A stretch of 64,000 bases of DNA from a virus (Duplodnaviria; Caudoviricetes), in the IMG/VR virus record IMGVR_UViG_3300014826_000005, positions 1 through 64,000 of that record, one strand, 5' to 3'. The stretch's first letter is position 1. Every line of letters begins with the position of its first letter. The translations under genes and the position numbers were made by a program. The notes beneath the pieces are model-generated. The model was not told the DNA's origin. It ran no database searches and worked only from the letters and a program-made list of their open reading frames with translations. Of this stretch, positions 30,995 to 41,777 are shown one piece after another.

Positions 30995-31078
30995 ATGTAC
31001 GTTAATATCTGGGACGAGAACACCGTCCTCATCGAATGGGATGAGGATGGTGATTCCGATTCCGATGATGATGAATAG
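30995..31078 (+). CDS. 27-aa highly acidic peptide
   Basis: AAGGAGGTG RBS; MYVNIWDENTVLIEWDEDGDSDSDDDE; own promoter motif and terminator. Confidence 0.65.
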   Translation: MYVNIWDENTVLIEWDEDGDSDSDDDE

Positions 31079-31110
31079 AAGGGTGGATTTCTCCACCCTT
31101 CTATTTTTTT
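31074..31110. terminator. intrinsic terminator between the peptide and terL
   Basis: AATAGAAGGGTGGA/TCCACCCTTCTATT plus T7. Confidence 0.75.
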
Positions 31111-31111
31111 G

Positions 31112-32421
31112 TTAAAAATGATTTAATTCATCAAAGAAATCTAGTGGGATATCACCACCATCATCATATGAATCAACAGCAACATCGGTTGAATTATCAT
31201 AAATAGAATTTTGAATATTTCCAGATTTATAAAGACGATATGTTTGTTCTTGAGACTTAGCAATAGCATCTTTCATCATTTGGTCCCAATTCATTTCTTT
31301 TTCTGTAAGAATTTCTTTCTCTCTTACAGTTTTAGCATCATCTATTATTTTTTTATCGACAAGATTAGGATCGATTTCTTCAGGATGTTTTAATCCTGAA
31401 TTATTCAACTCTTCATCTTGTGCACCTTTATAAATACCAAATAATTCTAAGTTATTACCATGATAATAAACATAAAGACCGATAAGGTAACTCATAACGG
31501 AGTCATCATGGAAACCTGTACCAGCTTCAATACGACCAGCTTTTGTTCTTACTAATCGTGTGATATCTCTTGTAATATTATGGGTAACAAATTTATCTTT
31601 ATATTCAGAGACATGACGTGACAATATTGCCATCATATCATCTCTTGATTTACCAGCTGTATAAACACCATAGTATTTCTTCATAACAGACTGCTTTTTA
31701 AGCATACTTTCTGTTACTTCAGCACTACGCATCGTTTCTTCTACTAAATCTCTATTTTTATCATAGTAAAGACGATTACGAATTTTGGAATGAAGTAAAT
31801 GGTCAATAATACCATCACCCATGCTATTACGTTCAATAACAACAACTGCACGAGGAATAACTGTTGATATTAATTCAATAATCAATTTCTCATACATCGT
31901 TTCACCAATGAATGAAGATTCAAATTCTGCAACAGGCTTTACTGTATAAGGATTTAATATGGTGATAGCGTTGTTATCTCCTGATGTACCTGTAGAACAG
32001 TCGACAGATACAATATAAGGAATTTTTTTCTTTAAAGGTTCATAAATATCAAATTTAAAATATTCTAATAACCATAATTCATCTATAGGTTTCTTTTCAA
32101 CTTCAACAAGATATTCCATATCTTCTTGAGGGAATGGAGATAAAGATGAACCATGCAATCTTTGTAATAAAATTTCTCTTCGTGTTGTCAATGGGTCTTG
32201 GATCTTAGCAGAAATATTTCTTAACCAAGCCTCTGTTTTCCCTATTTGCTTATAAGAGTATTCTATATAGAAAATTTTATTACAATCTTTCCCTGCTGCT
32301 TCAATATATTTTTGAATTTGCTCATCGGTCATATCATAGACACGTTCTGTCCATTTAACCGTTTTATCAAGAATCTGTTGACCTTCCAACCCTTCTTGGG
32401 TATCAAGGTCTCCCGGTGTGC
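31112..32421 (-). CDS. terL: terminase large subunit, exon 2
   Basis: Continues TPGDLDT; nuclease motifs VSVDCSTGTSGD and HDDSVMSY; in frame after splicing. Confidence 0.88.
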
Positions 32422-32909
32422 CACCAGTATTTTTGTAGACTATATCACCATCTTTAATATACTATTACCATATATAAAAGAGCCTCCCATTTCAGTTTAT
32501 TGTATATATGAAATATACTCACCTACATTTCGTCCTATCATTGGACCTACTCGCTTATCAAGCCACCTAGTATGATTACTATTTTGATATTTCTATCTGC
32601 ATGACTGTCTAGCTTTCCCTAGTCGTTGAGCTTTCATGTTAATGTGATATTAATAAAAATTCGTTCATTAACATGCTTAGTTGCGGATTGTCTCTATACA
32701 TAACCTTTTTACTATACCTTTGGAGTTACCCATTGCCACTAGATGTATTACTACTCTAGCTTAGTAGTTATGAACTATCGAGTGCATATTTCTATGCATT
32801 CAAATAATTGATTATCTTTATCTTCATTATTTGAAACGTTCCCGCAGTTAAAGAGGTTTTATTTACATTAGTCACCTAATGTTTACGCACAATCCTTAAT
32901 CTCGATTCT
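32422..32909 (-). ncRNA. group I intron (IA2-like), 488 nt, no homing endonuclease ORF
   Basis: P AACTGCGGGAA, Q AATCCGCAAC, R GCTCAACGACTA, S GATATAGTC; P1 exon UUUACGU pairs with IGS GCGUAAA through a U-G at the splice site; terminal G; removal restores RIFT-C-TPGDLD. Confidence 0.93.
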
Positions 32910-33732
32910 ACGTAAAAATACGCGCATGCATGGCGTGATTTCGCTTCGCATTTAAAGCGGCCGTTTCATAAGTTGATACTGAGTTGGAAATAATTGTTTT
33001 AATATGCTTTGTAAATTCTGGTTCATCAAAATGAAGAATAGGAGCCGTCAAACCTCTGGCAAGAGATAATGCTTGGTCATAAGATGTCGCTTTATTCTTA
33101 ATGACAATAGAGTTTCCATTAATAGGGTTCCCTAATTCAGTCGCATTTTCTTTTGCTTTAATAACTTTACCATCTTCATTAACAATGAATCGTGATTGCA
33201 TATATTTAGGCAATAAGTCAATTTGGTCTCTCATAGACTTAAGGTTTGCCTTAGCATTAGGACCATCTTTGTTGACAAAGATAAACTTTGAGTTTGTTGT
33301 ACCAAAAAGATAAGCCCATGTTTGAAGTGCTAAAGCCGAAACGGTTTTACCTTGCTGACGAGGTAAACATAACCATGAGTCCAGACCTTTAATGATACAA
33401 TAAGCTTGAGCAATATTTCCTCGATTTGCTCTATATCTTACGAAGTTCCCACCTTGGTCTGGTATATGACATATTTCTCGTAAATAATACCAAGGATTAC
33501 GAGCACATTCTATCATTACACGAGAGACTTGATCTCTTGATAAATTACAAACACCATCTTCATCTACAGAATATGGATCAATATTAATAAGTGTCCAATC
33601 ATATATTAACAGTGGAAAATAATAATTTTTAACGCCTAAGACTTTTAAATCTCTAGAGAGTTGAATAAAAGATGTGTTAGAAGTTCCTAGGTCATAAAAA
33701 TTATTTTTGATATTTGCAATTCTTCCAGCCAT
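32910..33732 (-). CDS. terL: terminase large subunit, exon 1 (ATPase)
   Basis: Walker A PRQQGKT, Walker B ILHFDEPEF; spliced total 823+1310 nt = 710 aa. Confidence 0.9.
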
Positions 33733-33819
33733 TATATTTTTTCACCTCACTTTATAATCATTAAATAAAGGTAGAAAAAATAAAGTAATATAAGTAATTT
33801 ACTTATATTACTTTATCTA

Positions 33820-34935
33820 TTAGTATTTAGTATTAAGACGATAATTGGATGCAATATCGATGATAATTGTTTTTGTAGTATCACCATAAGTAATCTCATG
33901 TAAATAGTGATTGATATCATTTATGTCATTACATGTGAGATAAATTGTATTTAAATATCTTTTATCGATATTCTCAAGAATCGTATAACTATCTTCATAG
34001 TATCCAATATTGAGTGTCTTGATATACTCCTCATTAAATAATTTTTTTAAATTATAATCGCTAGGGTTATCAACTAATGCACACCCTGTTACATTCATAT
34101 AGGGTAGAGTAATTAAACAATCATTGTCTAAGTAAATACAATAATCATATGGTGAATGTTTTTCTTGTTTATTAGAATAATTTCTTTCTGATGCAACCAT
34201 GTTGAGGACTAAAGAATTATTCAATAATGCCATTTGTTGAATATTTTTATAAAATGATGATTGATCATTAGGCTTTTTAAAATAGCATTTCGCTTCTTTT
34301 TTTCCAGTCTTTTTTAGATAGATATAAAATCTTTCCATAAAATGTCTATTACTAGGATTATCTCGTAAGATGATTTTTTTAAATCCTCTTTCATAAGCAA
34401 TAAGAAATAAGAAGTGATCAATATTCAATTCATCATATGTCAGCATATCTTCTTTTTGAATGATTTGGTCCCAACGTGAGTCTGGTATGGGATTAATCTT
34501 AAGACGTATAAGATTGGATACATCATCAACAGTTTTCATATATTCTCTAAAGAAAAACCATATATTATTATAAATTTCATCATTAATGATTTTTTTATAA
34601 TCAGCTCGTTTAGGTTCATAATGACGTTTTTTTAATGATTCAAAAATATCACCATCTTCTAAAACATCATTATTATAATGATAAACGATGGAACGATATT
34701 TAAAAAATTTTGGTGATGCTGAATAATAATAAGTGGATTGTATTGATTTAGGTATACTTTTATCAATAAGAAATGGCTCTGCTAATAGTTTTTCATTATT
34801 CTCATCTGAATTTTTGAATTTATCATCTGAAAAATAATAAATTTTATTTTTGTTTTTATCGTCAACTTTTAAATCTCTTAATAACTCCCATAAATTTTTA
34901 ATATAAGTATTGCCTGTAATAAATGAAATAGCCAT
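33820..34935 (-). CDS. hypothetical protein (371 aa)
   Basis: AAGGAGG RBS before MAISF; start trimmed from 35055. Confidence 0.7.
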   Translation of the reverse strand: MAISFITGNTYIKNLWELLRDLKVDDKNKNKIYYFSDDKFKNSDENNEKLLAEPFLIDKSIPKSIQSTYYYSASPKFFKYRSIVYHYNNDVLEDGDIFESLKKRHYEPKRADYKKIINDEIYNNIWFFFREYMKTVDDVSNLIRLKINPIPDSRWDQIIQKEDMLTYDELNIDHFLFLIAYERGFKKIILRDNPSNRHFMERFYIYLKKTGKKEAKCYFKKPNDQSSFYKNIQQMALLNNSLVLNMVASERNYSNKQEKHSPYDYCIYLDNDCLITLPYMNVTGCALVDNPSDYNLKKLFNEEYIKTLNIGYYEDSYTILENIDKRYLNTIYLTCNDINDINHYLHEITYGDTTKTIIIDIASNYRLNTKY

Positions 34936-35018
34936 ATACTTTCCTCCTTTGATATTTAAATCAACGTTACGAGAAAAATACATTAATATAAATATTAAAT
35001 ATTTAAGAAAGGGGTCAT

Positions 35019-35555
35019 GTGTGTACAATGGAAAATCCTGATAATAAACCAGCACCTTTTACACCTTTGGATGCTACTAAGATGGAAATGGATAGTAGAT
35101 TTAAAGTTGTGAATGATCGTATTACAGAAACTGAAAACTTTTTAAATGATAAACTCTCTAACGCTGAAGTTAAGAATACATTACTTCAGAAAAGGATCAA
35201 TAAATTACGAGTCATTACAATTATTCTTATTATATCAATTATTATCACTGGTGTCCTTTCTGTCATATCATATAAATTCCAAAAAGAAAGTGAAACTGAA
35301 AGATTATCCCATTATGAGAAGAATACTTATATTATTGCATATGCACGTGTATTCAATGATAAAAATAAAACAATGGAAGAACAGATATATGCCTTTCTCG
35401 CAAAACATCCCAAAACAAGTTTTTCTTTAGATTCAGAACTTTATGAAAATCGATTTCGTGAGATAAATGGTATTCCTCTTGATACAAATCTAGATAGAAC
35501 TTCCAATGAAGGCTATCTATATTTTCCATATATTATTAATTATAAGGACGAATAA
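35019..35555 (+). CDS. membrane-anchored hypothetical protein
   Basis: Coiled-coil, then the TM segment VITIILIISIIITGVLSVI. Confidence 0.7.
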   Translation: MCTMENPDNKPAPFTPLDATKMEMDSRFKVVNDRITETENFLNDKLSNAEVKNTLLQKRINKLRVITIILIISIIITGVLSVISYKFQKESETERLSHYEKNTYIIAYARVFNDKNKTMEEQIYAFLAKHPKTSFSLDSELYENRFREINGIPLDTNLDRTSNEGYLYFPYIINYKDE

Positions 35556-35591
35556 TAAAGATAGAAAGAAGAAATGTATCTTCTTTCTATC

Positions 35592-36224
35592 TTATTTTTT
35601 CCAAAGATTCTTATTCAATTCTAAAACAGAGAAATCATTTGAGTTGTAAAGTAATGATTTATCAATATACTTATTGATTTGATCTCTATATTCATCAGAT
35701 ATAGCGTCTTTATATTTTTTGATAAATTCATTTAAATTACCATAAGCTTGATGATAGTTAATAAAGATTTCTCCATCATGTATTTCTTGATGAACTGTAG
35801 TACTTACCATAACGACTTGAACACGATTTCTCATATGTTCTTGTAACACTACGTCAGCAACTCTAAATGTAGAAATTTTCCATTTCTTTAATAAGAAATA
35901 TTCTAGCACAATTGAACAAATATCGAATAAATTAAAAATAGGTCCGTGATGCATTTCGATATCAGCATCTTCATCACTTATATCTTTCAATACTTGACAA
36001 TGATTCAATTTAACTTCCTTTTTTAAATAAGAAATGTATTTGTTGTATCTATCATTGTGACGAACAGCATATTCAATTCCTTTTACAAAGGCTACATAAC
36101 TTTCATAATTTGAGAAATACTCCAAATCTTTATACATTAATATCTTATAAAAAGACCCACTTGCGTCGACTATTGGTGTGAGGTCACTTTTATCATAAAG
36201 TATATCTGGTAACGATCTAGCCAT
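35592..36224 (-). CDS. conserved phage protein with HNH-like His motifs; paralog of 6980-7654
   Basis: Shared RHxxxYxxYIxxLK...C...IEMHH...HQxIH; late motif at 36259-36270. Confidence 0.7.
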   Translation of the reverse strand: MARSLPDILYDKSDLTPIVDASGSFYKILMYKDLEYFSNYESYVAFVKGIEYAVRHNDRYNKYISYLKKEVKLNHCQVLKDISDEDADIEMHHGPIFNLFDICSIVLEYFLLKKWKISTFRVADVVLQEHMRNRVQVVMVSTTVHQEIHDGEIFINYHQAYGNLNEFIKKYKDAISDEYRDQINKYIDKSLLYNSNDFSVLELNKNLWKK

Positions 36225-36334
36225 TCATAATCCACCTCACTTTAAGCAATCTTTGTCTTAACCTAATGTTTTTTCAATATATTAATAATTTTATCAAGTG
36301 GACAATTGTTTAAGATTATAAAAAGAAAAGGAAG

Positions 36335-39322
36335 GTGACAAATGTGACAAAAGAGAGAGAAATCAATGCCATGGGCAATCTCTACAATTCCTTTTTTAAA
36401 ATTCTCAATAGTATTACGATTAAGTATTCTTATATAGCCCAACAAAATGAAACACTTGATAGTAAACGTAATGCTGATAACTATATATCGACCATTCATA
36501 AGCGTGATACTATTTATTATTATAATGATTACACGAGACAAGAAATAGAAGAAGCTTACATGCAAGCTTATTCAACAGGTGTTGATAAAATCTCAGCAAT
36601 AAATGCTATTAAATTAAATAAGAGTATTATCGACCAAATTGTTTTAGGAGATTCTACAGTCGTTCCTAAAAAAATAGAGCCTTATCTTCTTGAGATAAGA
36701 CGTAAACGTGTAATACGAGATTTTGAAGAAAAGAATAATTATTATAGGATGCTAAATGGATATCCGGATACCAGTGATAAGAATTATTTCTATATCACGG
36801 AAAAATTATGTAAGAAATATAATCTTCCTGATTATATTTCTGATATTAAAGATGATGAAGGTCATAATAAAATTATCCCTCTTCATCTTATTCCTATTCA
36901 TAAAGTACAAGATTTATTGAATAGTAATGAAGATGGACGAGGAGATTATATTATTTCCGTTGTCGAAGGTTCTCTTTATTTGGATAAGTTACGTAAAGCT
37001 CATCCTGATAAAAAATATCTTCAATATATTGGTTCCAGACGTATCTCTATTGAAAAAGCACGTAATGGGAAAAACTTTGAAATCATTCATATTGATAGAA
37101 TGAATGTGAAACAAAATATTTTAGATTCATTTATTGATATCTATGCGCAATGTCGTGATTATTTCATGAAAGTTTTATACATGCCTGAATACCATACATT
37201 CTTTACTAAGTATGAAGAATTTTGTGCTATGTGTATTATGATTATGACATTACAACAAGTTGTTGATAGACAAGAGTTTGCAACAACGGATAGAAACTTC
37301 TTTGATATTGAAGGTATACGTGCTTTATATGAAGCTTATTCTATACCTTATGATTTAAATATTGATGAAGATACACAAAATGTTTTATTACGTAATCTTA
37401 ATCTCTTTATTCAACATAAAGCAACGGATAAAGATTTATATAATATTGCAGAATTGATAGGATTCTCTAATATTAAAATCTATAAGTACTTCTTAGGAAA
37501 AGAAGCAAAGTATGATAGTGAGGGTCTTCCTATTGTAGAATATACAACTCGCTATAATACCGATACGGGTGAAGAAGAGAAAATTTTTGATATTGAAAAA
37601 ATGTATGAAATCTATTTCCATAAGAAAGAATTAAAAGATGATAATTTTATTGAATCTTTTAATACAAAACTTAATAAATCATCTTATAAAGATATTACAT
37701 CCAATGACCCATTTTGGTGGGAAGATGAAGGTTTATTAAAACGCTTATGGGATACAGAATATAACTATGTGGAATCAAAATATTTAGGAATTGGTATTTC
37801 CTACAGTTTAACAGAAATTCTTTATGAAAATATTTTACTTATTAAAGCTATTATGGATAATAAAGAGAAGTTTAAAGAAATTACTTTAAAATTACCTCGT
37901 ATTGTCGAAGCAACAGATGTTCCTTTATTTGATACACTCATTCTCTTATTATGCCTTACAGCGGCAAAACATAATTTGTATGGAGAAATTATTACAATTC
38001 CTACACAAGTCATTTCTGTATTAGATTATATTAAAAAACAAAATGGAGATAGTAATCTTGATACATTAAAATTTAATTATAATTATTTTTTCCATCCTGA
38101 TGCAAAAGAAAATAAGGATGAAATCAATAAGATGAAAGATAAACTTATTGCACATGAAAATACTTTAGATAAAACGGGAAAGTTATATACAAATATGGCT
38201 TTCAATTTTAAGTATATTCAAGAAGACAATCTTCACTTTAGAGAGAATCTTGTGACACTTAAAAAGATTCTTGGAAAAGATGATTATGAACGCTTCGTTA
38301 AATATATTGGTAATCTCAATAAGTCAGCTGGTAATACGAATGAAGAGCGTGTCAAAACACTCAACATCATGTTTAGAGATATTAAGCATATTCATCAATT
38401 ATTAGAATTCTATATGGTAAGAACGGATGATCGTCATGCTTATGATTCTCTTAAGCAAATTCATGATGCTCTTTTCTATTCAAGAGAAATCAGTGATATG
38501 TTTACAATAACAGGTGAGAATACGGGTGTACAAAGAACAGCCTATACTTATTTTGAATATTTAAACTATATTAATCCTAAACTCTATAATGCTGTATTTA
38601 GTACAAATATGGAAGAGGAATACCAAAAATATTTAAAAGAAAATAGTATTAATATCAATAAGTATTCTTTTACCGATTTTACAGATGATGTTGAACGAGG
38701 AAAAATCTTTATTGATTATTCTAATACAAAAGAAGAAAATGATAAAACGACGACAGATTTGAAAGATGATAAAATTTATTATTACGTCAATCATATCATT
38801 GGTCGTTTAAGTTTATTATTAAAAGATGTCAAGTTCATGTATTTAATGGCGAATACATCTACACCTCTTGAAGATTTACTTATTCGCTTAATTAAATTCT
38901 TTAAGTCATATACGGTTGATTTAATCAGTGTGGATAAGATTATCATCTGTGATTTTAAACCAGAACAAACACTTCGTTTTTATGATGAAGTCGCTAAAAT
39001 TGTTAAGCTTATTGAAACGCACGAACGTCTTGATATTTCCTATGATGATACTATTCATAATATATGGAATGATGAAGTGCTCTATGAAAAATTTAAGCTT
39101 ATCACAAAAATGTATTATAATGCTTTTATTCGTTTAGATGGTAGTTATGGGACTTATAACTCCATGCGTTTAAAGGATGATACATTACTTAAAAAAGAAT
39201 TAGATATGAATGAAGAAAGTCTATTAAAGTTATTTGATAATATGTCACATCTTTCTTCAACGAATTATTATAAAGAACCTATATCCTTAAAAGATAAAGT
39301 TCTTGTGTATTATGATGAATAA
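36335..39322 (+). CDS. large virion structural protein (baseplate-like, tentative)
   Basis: 995 aa in the late region; function inferred from size and context only. Confidence 0.5.
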   Translation: MTNVTKEREINAMGNLYNSFFKILNSITIKYSYIAQQNETLDSKRNADNYISTIHKRDTIYYYNDYTRQEIEEAYMQAYSTGVDKISAINAIKLNKSIIDQIVLGDSTVVPKKIEPYLLEIRRKRVIRDFEEKNNYYRMLNGYPDTSDKNYFYITEKLCKKYNLPDYISDIKDDEGHNKIIPLHLIPIHKVQDLLNSNEDGRGDYIISVVEGSLYLDKLRKAHPDKKYLQYIGSRRISIEKARNGKNFEIIHIDRMNVKQNILDSFIDIYAQCRDYFMKVLYMPEYHTFFTKYEEFCAMCIMIMTLQQVVDRQEFATTDRNFFDIEGIRALYEAYSIPYDLNIDEDTQNVLLRNLNLFIQHKATDKDLYNIAELIGFSNIKIYKYFLGKEAKYDSEGLPIVEYTTRYNTDTGEEEKIFDIEKMYEIYFHKKELKDDNFIESFNTKLNKSSYKDITSNDPFWWEDEGLLKRLWDTEYNYVESKYLGIGISYSLTEILYENILLIKAIMDNKEKFKEITLKLPRIVEATDVPLFDTLILLLCLTAAKHNLYGEIITIPTQVISVLDYIKKQNGDSNLDTLKFNYNYFFHPDAKENKDEINKMKDKLIAHENTLDKTGKLYTNMAFNFKYIQEDNLHFRENLVTLKKILGKDDYERFVKYIGNLNKSAGNTNEERVKTLNIMFRDIKHIHQLLEFYMVRTDDRHAYDSLKQIHDALFYSREISDMFTITGENTGVQRTAYTYFEYLNYINPKLYNAVFSTNMEEEYQKYLKENSININKYSFTDFTDDVERGKIFIDYSNTKEENDKTTTDLKDDKIYYYVNHIIGRLSLLLKDVKFMYLMANTSTPLEDLLIRLIKFFKSYTVDLISVDKIIICDFKPEQTLRFYDEVAKIVKLIETHERLDISYDDTIHNIWNDEVLYEKFKLITKMYYNAFIRLDGSYGTYNSMRLKDDTLLKKELDMNEESLLKLFDNMSHLSSTNYYKEPISLKDKVLVYYDE

Positions 39323-39360
39323 ACTACAAAAAAACATGACATTAATGAATAATAGAAAGG

Positions 39361-40359
39361 ATGGAACATATAATGGCAAATGCAATCCTAAACGTTTCGG
39401 ATACCATTTCTACAAAAGATAATGTGGATACTAACGTGACATTACCATCTTTGCATCCAGGACTTTGGGCAAGAACTGAAGTTATTGGTGGTTATGGTGA
39501 TTTTCAAGTTAATGAAAATGGTAAGTCTTCACTTGGTGAAGTGATTTTTAAAAAGAAAAATATTGTCCCACTTGGTGGGGTTTCATATGTAATGGAAAAA
39601 GTATTTGGCGTAGCTGAATCACAGATTCATATTCCTACAATGTACGACAATAATAAAATTGGTCTTCCTAATTCTACACCACCTACAGATACTTATGTAT
39701 CTCCTGATGGTACAAATTTTCATAAGAAGATTATTTATAGACCAGGTCATTTTGTTTCTATGTTTGGTGTAGGGATTACTGCTACAGCTGAAAATGATAT
39801 CGTTGTTTATAAGCCTGACTATAGAGAAAACGATATAACACTTTCTAAAGTGAATACAGATGGTTTAACTGTTACCGGTACATTATTACCATTTAGATAT
39901 ACAACAGAAACTTTATCTGTAGAAGAAAGAAAGATGTACTTTGGGAAAAAGAAAGATAGTGAAGGCATTACTGGATACTATCTTAAGAAGTTCCAAAGTG
40001 AACCTGTTATTAAACATACTTGGAAAACGGGTGAAGATTATGAAGATGAAACACTCATTACAAATTCTGAAGTATGGACAAACATTCAATCTATCAATGC
40101 TGTAGAATCATTTACTGAAATTTTCTTAAAGATTACAAAGAAAGATATTAAAGAAATCTTTAATAAATTAGAACAGCCTGATAGAGCAAGAATTAATACC
40201 ATTGCTTTATTCAATGGTGAATTTATTAAGGATACATCTGATCCAGCTGATGATGGTGACTATAGAGATGTGAGACTCTTCTCTAAGTTATGTATTCCTA
40301 CAGAAATGCTCTCACTCAATAAAGACTTAAATATCATTTATCGTGTTTATGGAGCATAG
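39361..40359 (+). CDS. probable virion structural protein (332 aa)
   Basis: Late motif at 39333-39344; downstream of the 995-aa gene. Confidence 0.55.
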   Translation: MEHIMANAILNVSDTISTKDNVDTNVTLPSLHPGLWARTEVIGGYGDFQVNENGKSSLGEVIFKKKNIVPLGGVSYVMEKVFGVAESQIHIPTMYDNNKIGLPNSTPPTDTYVSPDGTNFHKKIIYRPGHFVSMFGVGITATAENDIVVYKPDYRENDITLSKVNTDGLTVTGTLLPFRYTTETLSVEERKMYFGKKKDSEGITGYYLKKFQSEPVIKHTWKTGEDYEDETLITNSEVWTNIQSINAVESFTEIFLKITKKDIKEIFNKLEQPDRARINTIALFNGEFIKDTSDPADDGDYRDVRLFSKLCIPTEMLSLNKDLNIIYRVYGA

Positions 40360-40471
40360 TAAAATAACATTTTTAATAAGAAGTAGCGATTTAAGTGCTA
40401 CTTCTTATTTATACTCCTCTTAACAAAAAGGATAACCAAAAGAGCAATATTTTTTTGGTTTGGGTAATACT

Positions 40472-40503
40472 TATATATTATCTCTATGCATTAATATTAA
40501 TGC
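40472..40503 (+). promoter_or_regulatory. early promoter motif followed by a 16-bp palindrome (possible operator)
   Basis: TATATATTATCT at 40472-40483; GCATTAATATTAATGC at 40488-40503. Confidence 0.5.
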
Positions 40504-40541
40504 GGTATTTAACATATTTTATATAAAGGAGGAAGCGAATT

Positions 40542-41684
40542 ATGTTAAACGTTGGAATTATTGGTGTAGGAAACACTGGTAATCAAATTGCAGAGTTGGC
40601 ACATGATCAATTAAAGATTGATACGATTGCCATCAACTCAAGTGAAAAGGATTTGGAAACAATCAATGGCCAAATCCCAAAGATTCTTATTTCTGACAAA
40701 TCTCAGTTATCTAAAGGAGCTGGGAAAGACAGAGGACTTGCTAAGAAGTATTTAAAAGATTCTGTTATGAGTCTTTTAAAAGAAAAATCTATTTTAGCAA
40801 TGGCATCAGAGAAAGATGTTATTTTTGTTATTAGTTCTACTGGTGGAGGAACTGGAAGTGGTACTGCACCATTATTAGCTAATATCTTAACAGAAACAGC
40901 ACCTGATACAAAAATTATTTTAGTTGGTGTATTGCCTGTTAATAATGAAGCATTAAGTGCTCAGGTTAATACTTTAGAGTATTTAAACGAACTTTATAAA
41001 GTATTAGATAAACCTACTTATATGCTTTATGATAACGATAAGTTATCAAACCTTCCATCATATAAAATCATGGAAACTGTCAATGCTGAGATTGTGCAAG
41101 ATATTAATGTACTTAAGTGTACTTATAACTTCACAACAAAGTATGATTCTATCGATGATAGAGATATGATGAGACTCTTATCATTCCCTGGACGAATTGT
41201 TGTAAGTCGTCTAGAAGATTTTAGTGAAAAGGATGCAGAATCTTCTGATATTGAAGAAAGATTAATTGATAATATCAGAAGAAATTGTCATGTAGAATCT
41301 CAAAGAGATAAGAAAGTCATGGCAACAGGTGTTATTACAAACTTATCAAGAAATTTAACAGAAGAGTTTGATAATAACGTTCCTAAAGTTAGAGATTTCT
41401 CTGGTGTACCTGTTCATGCATTCAATCATATTTATGTCAATGAAGATAGAAAGCAACCTAATAAAGTTTTCTATATCATGGCAGGATTATCTCCAGTCAA
41501 TGATAAGATTAATCTTATTAGTGATAGAATTGCTGAAATCGAAGAAGCACAAAAAACATTAGAAGATGATGATGCTTTGGAAGATATTCAGTTAGATTCT
41601 TTATCTGATCAAATTAAAGATAAAGAAGAAGAAAAAGATTCTGAAGCTAATATTTCAGATATCTTTAGTAAATTTAATATTTAA
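40542..41684 (+). CDS. tubulin/FtsZ-family GTPase (PhuZ/TubZ-like)
   Basis: GIIGVGNTGNQ, AINSS, GAGKDR, signature STGGGTGSG; acidic C-tail. Confidence 0.9.
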   Translation: MLNVGIIGVGNTGNQIAELAHDQLKIDTIAINSSEKDLETINGQIPKILISDKSQLSKGAGKDRGLAKKYLKDSVMSLLKEKSILAMASEKDVIFVISSTGGGTGSGTAPLLANILTETAPDTKIILVGVLPVNNEALSAQVNTLEYLNELYKVLDKPTYMLYDNDKLSNLPSYKIMETVNAEIVQDINVLKCTYNFTTKYDSIDDRDMMRLLSFPGRIVVSRLEDFSEKDAESSDIEERLIDNIRRNCHVESQRDKKVMATGVITNLSRNLTEEFDNNVPKVRDFSGVPVHAFNHIYVNEDRKQPNKVFYIMAGLSPVNDKINLISDRIAEIEEAQKTLEDDDALEDIQLDSLSDQIKDKEEEKDSEANISDIFSKFNI

Positions 41685-41777
41685 AAAAAAATAAAATGTG
41701 GGTGCTGAAATAATTATTTATCATGCACCTCACATTTGTTTAATAATTTTTATATAAGAAACAGGAGGAAAAAAATT

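Noticed and set aside
32908-32910. TAG interrupting terL as evidence of stop-codon reassignment
   Set aside because: Read-through meets TAA four codons later, other genes end normally in TAG, and a group I intron explains the break
33782-33814. Long near-perfect intergenic palindromes (also 19749, 55661, 56770) as a special element family
   Set aside because: Sequences are unrelated and sit at gene ends with A/T tails, so they are ordinary, often bidirectional, terminators
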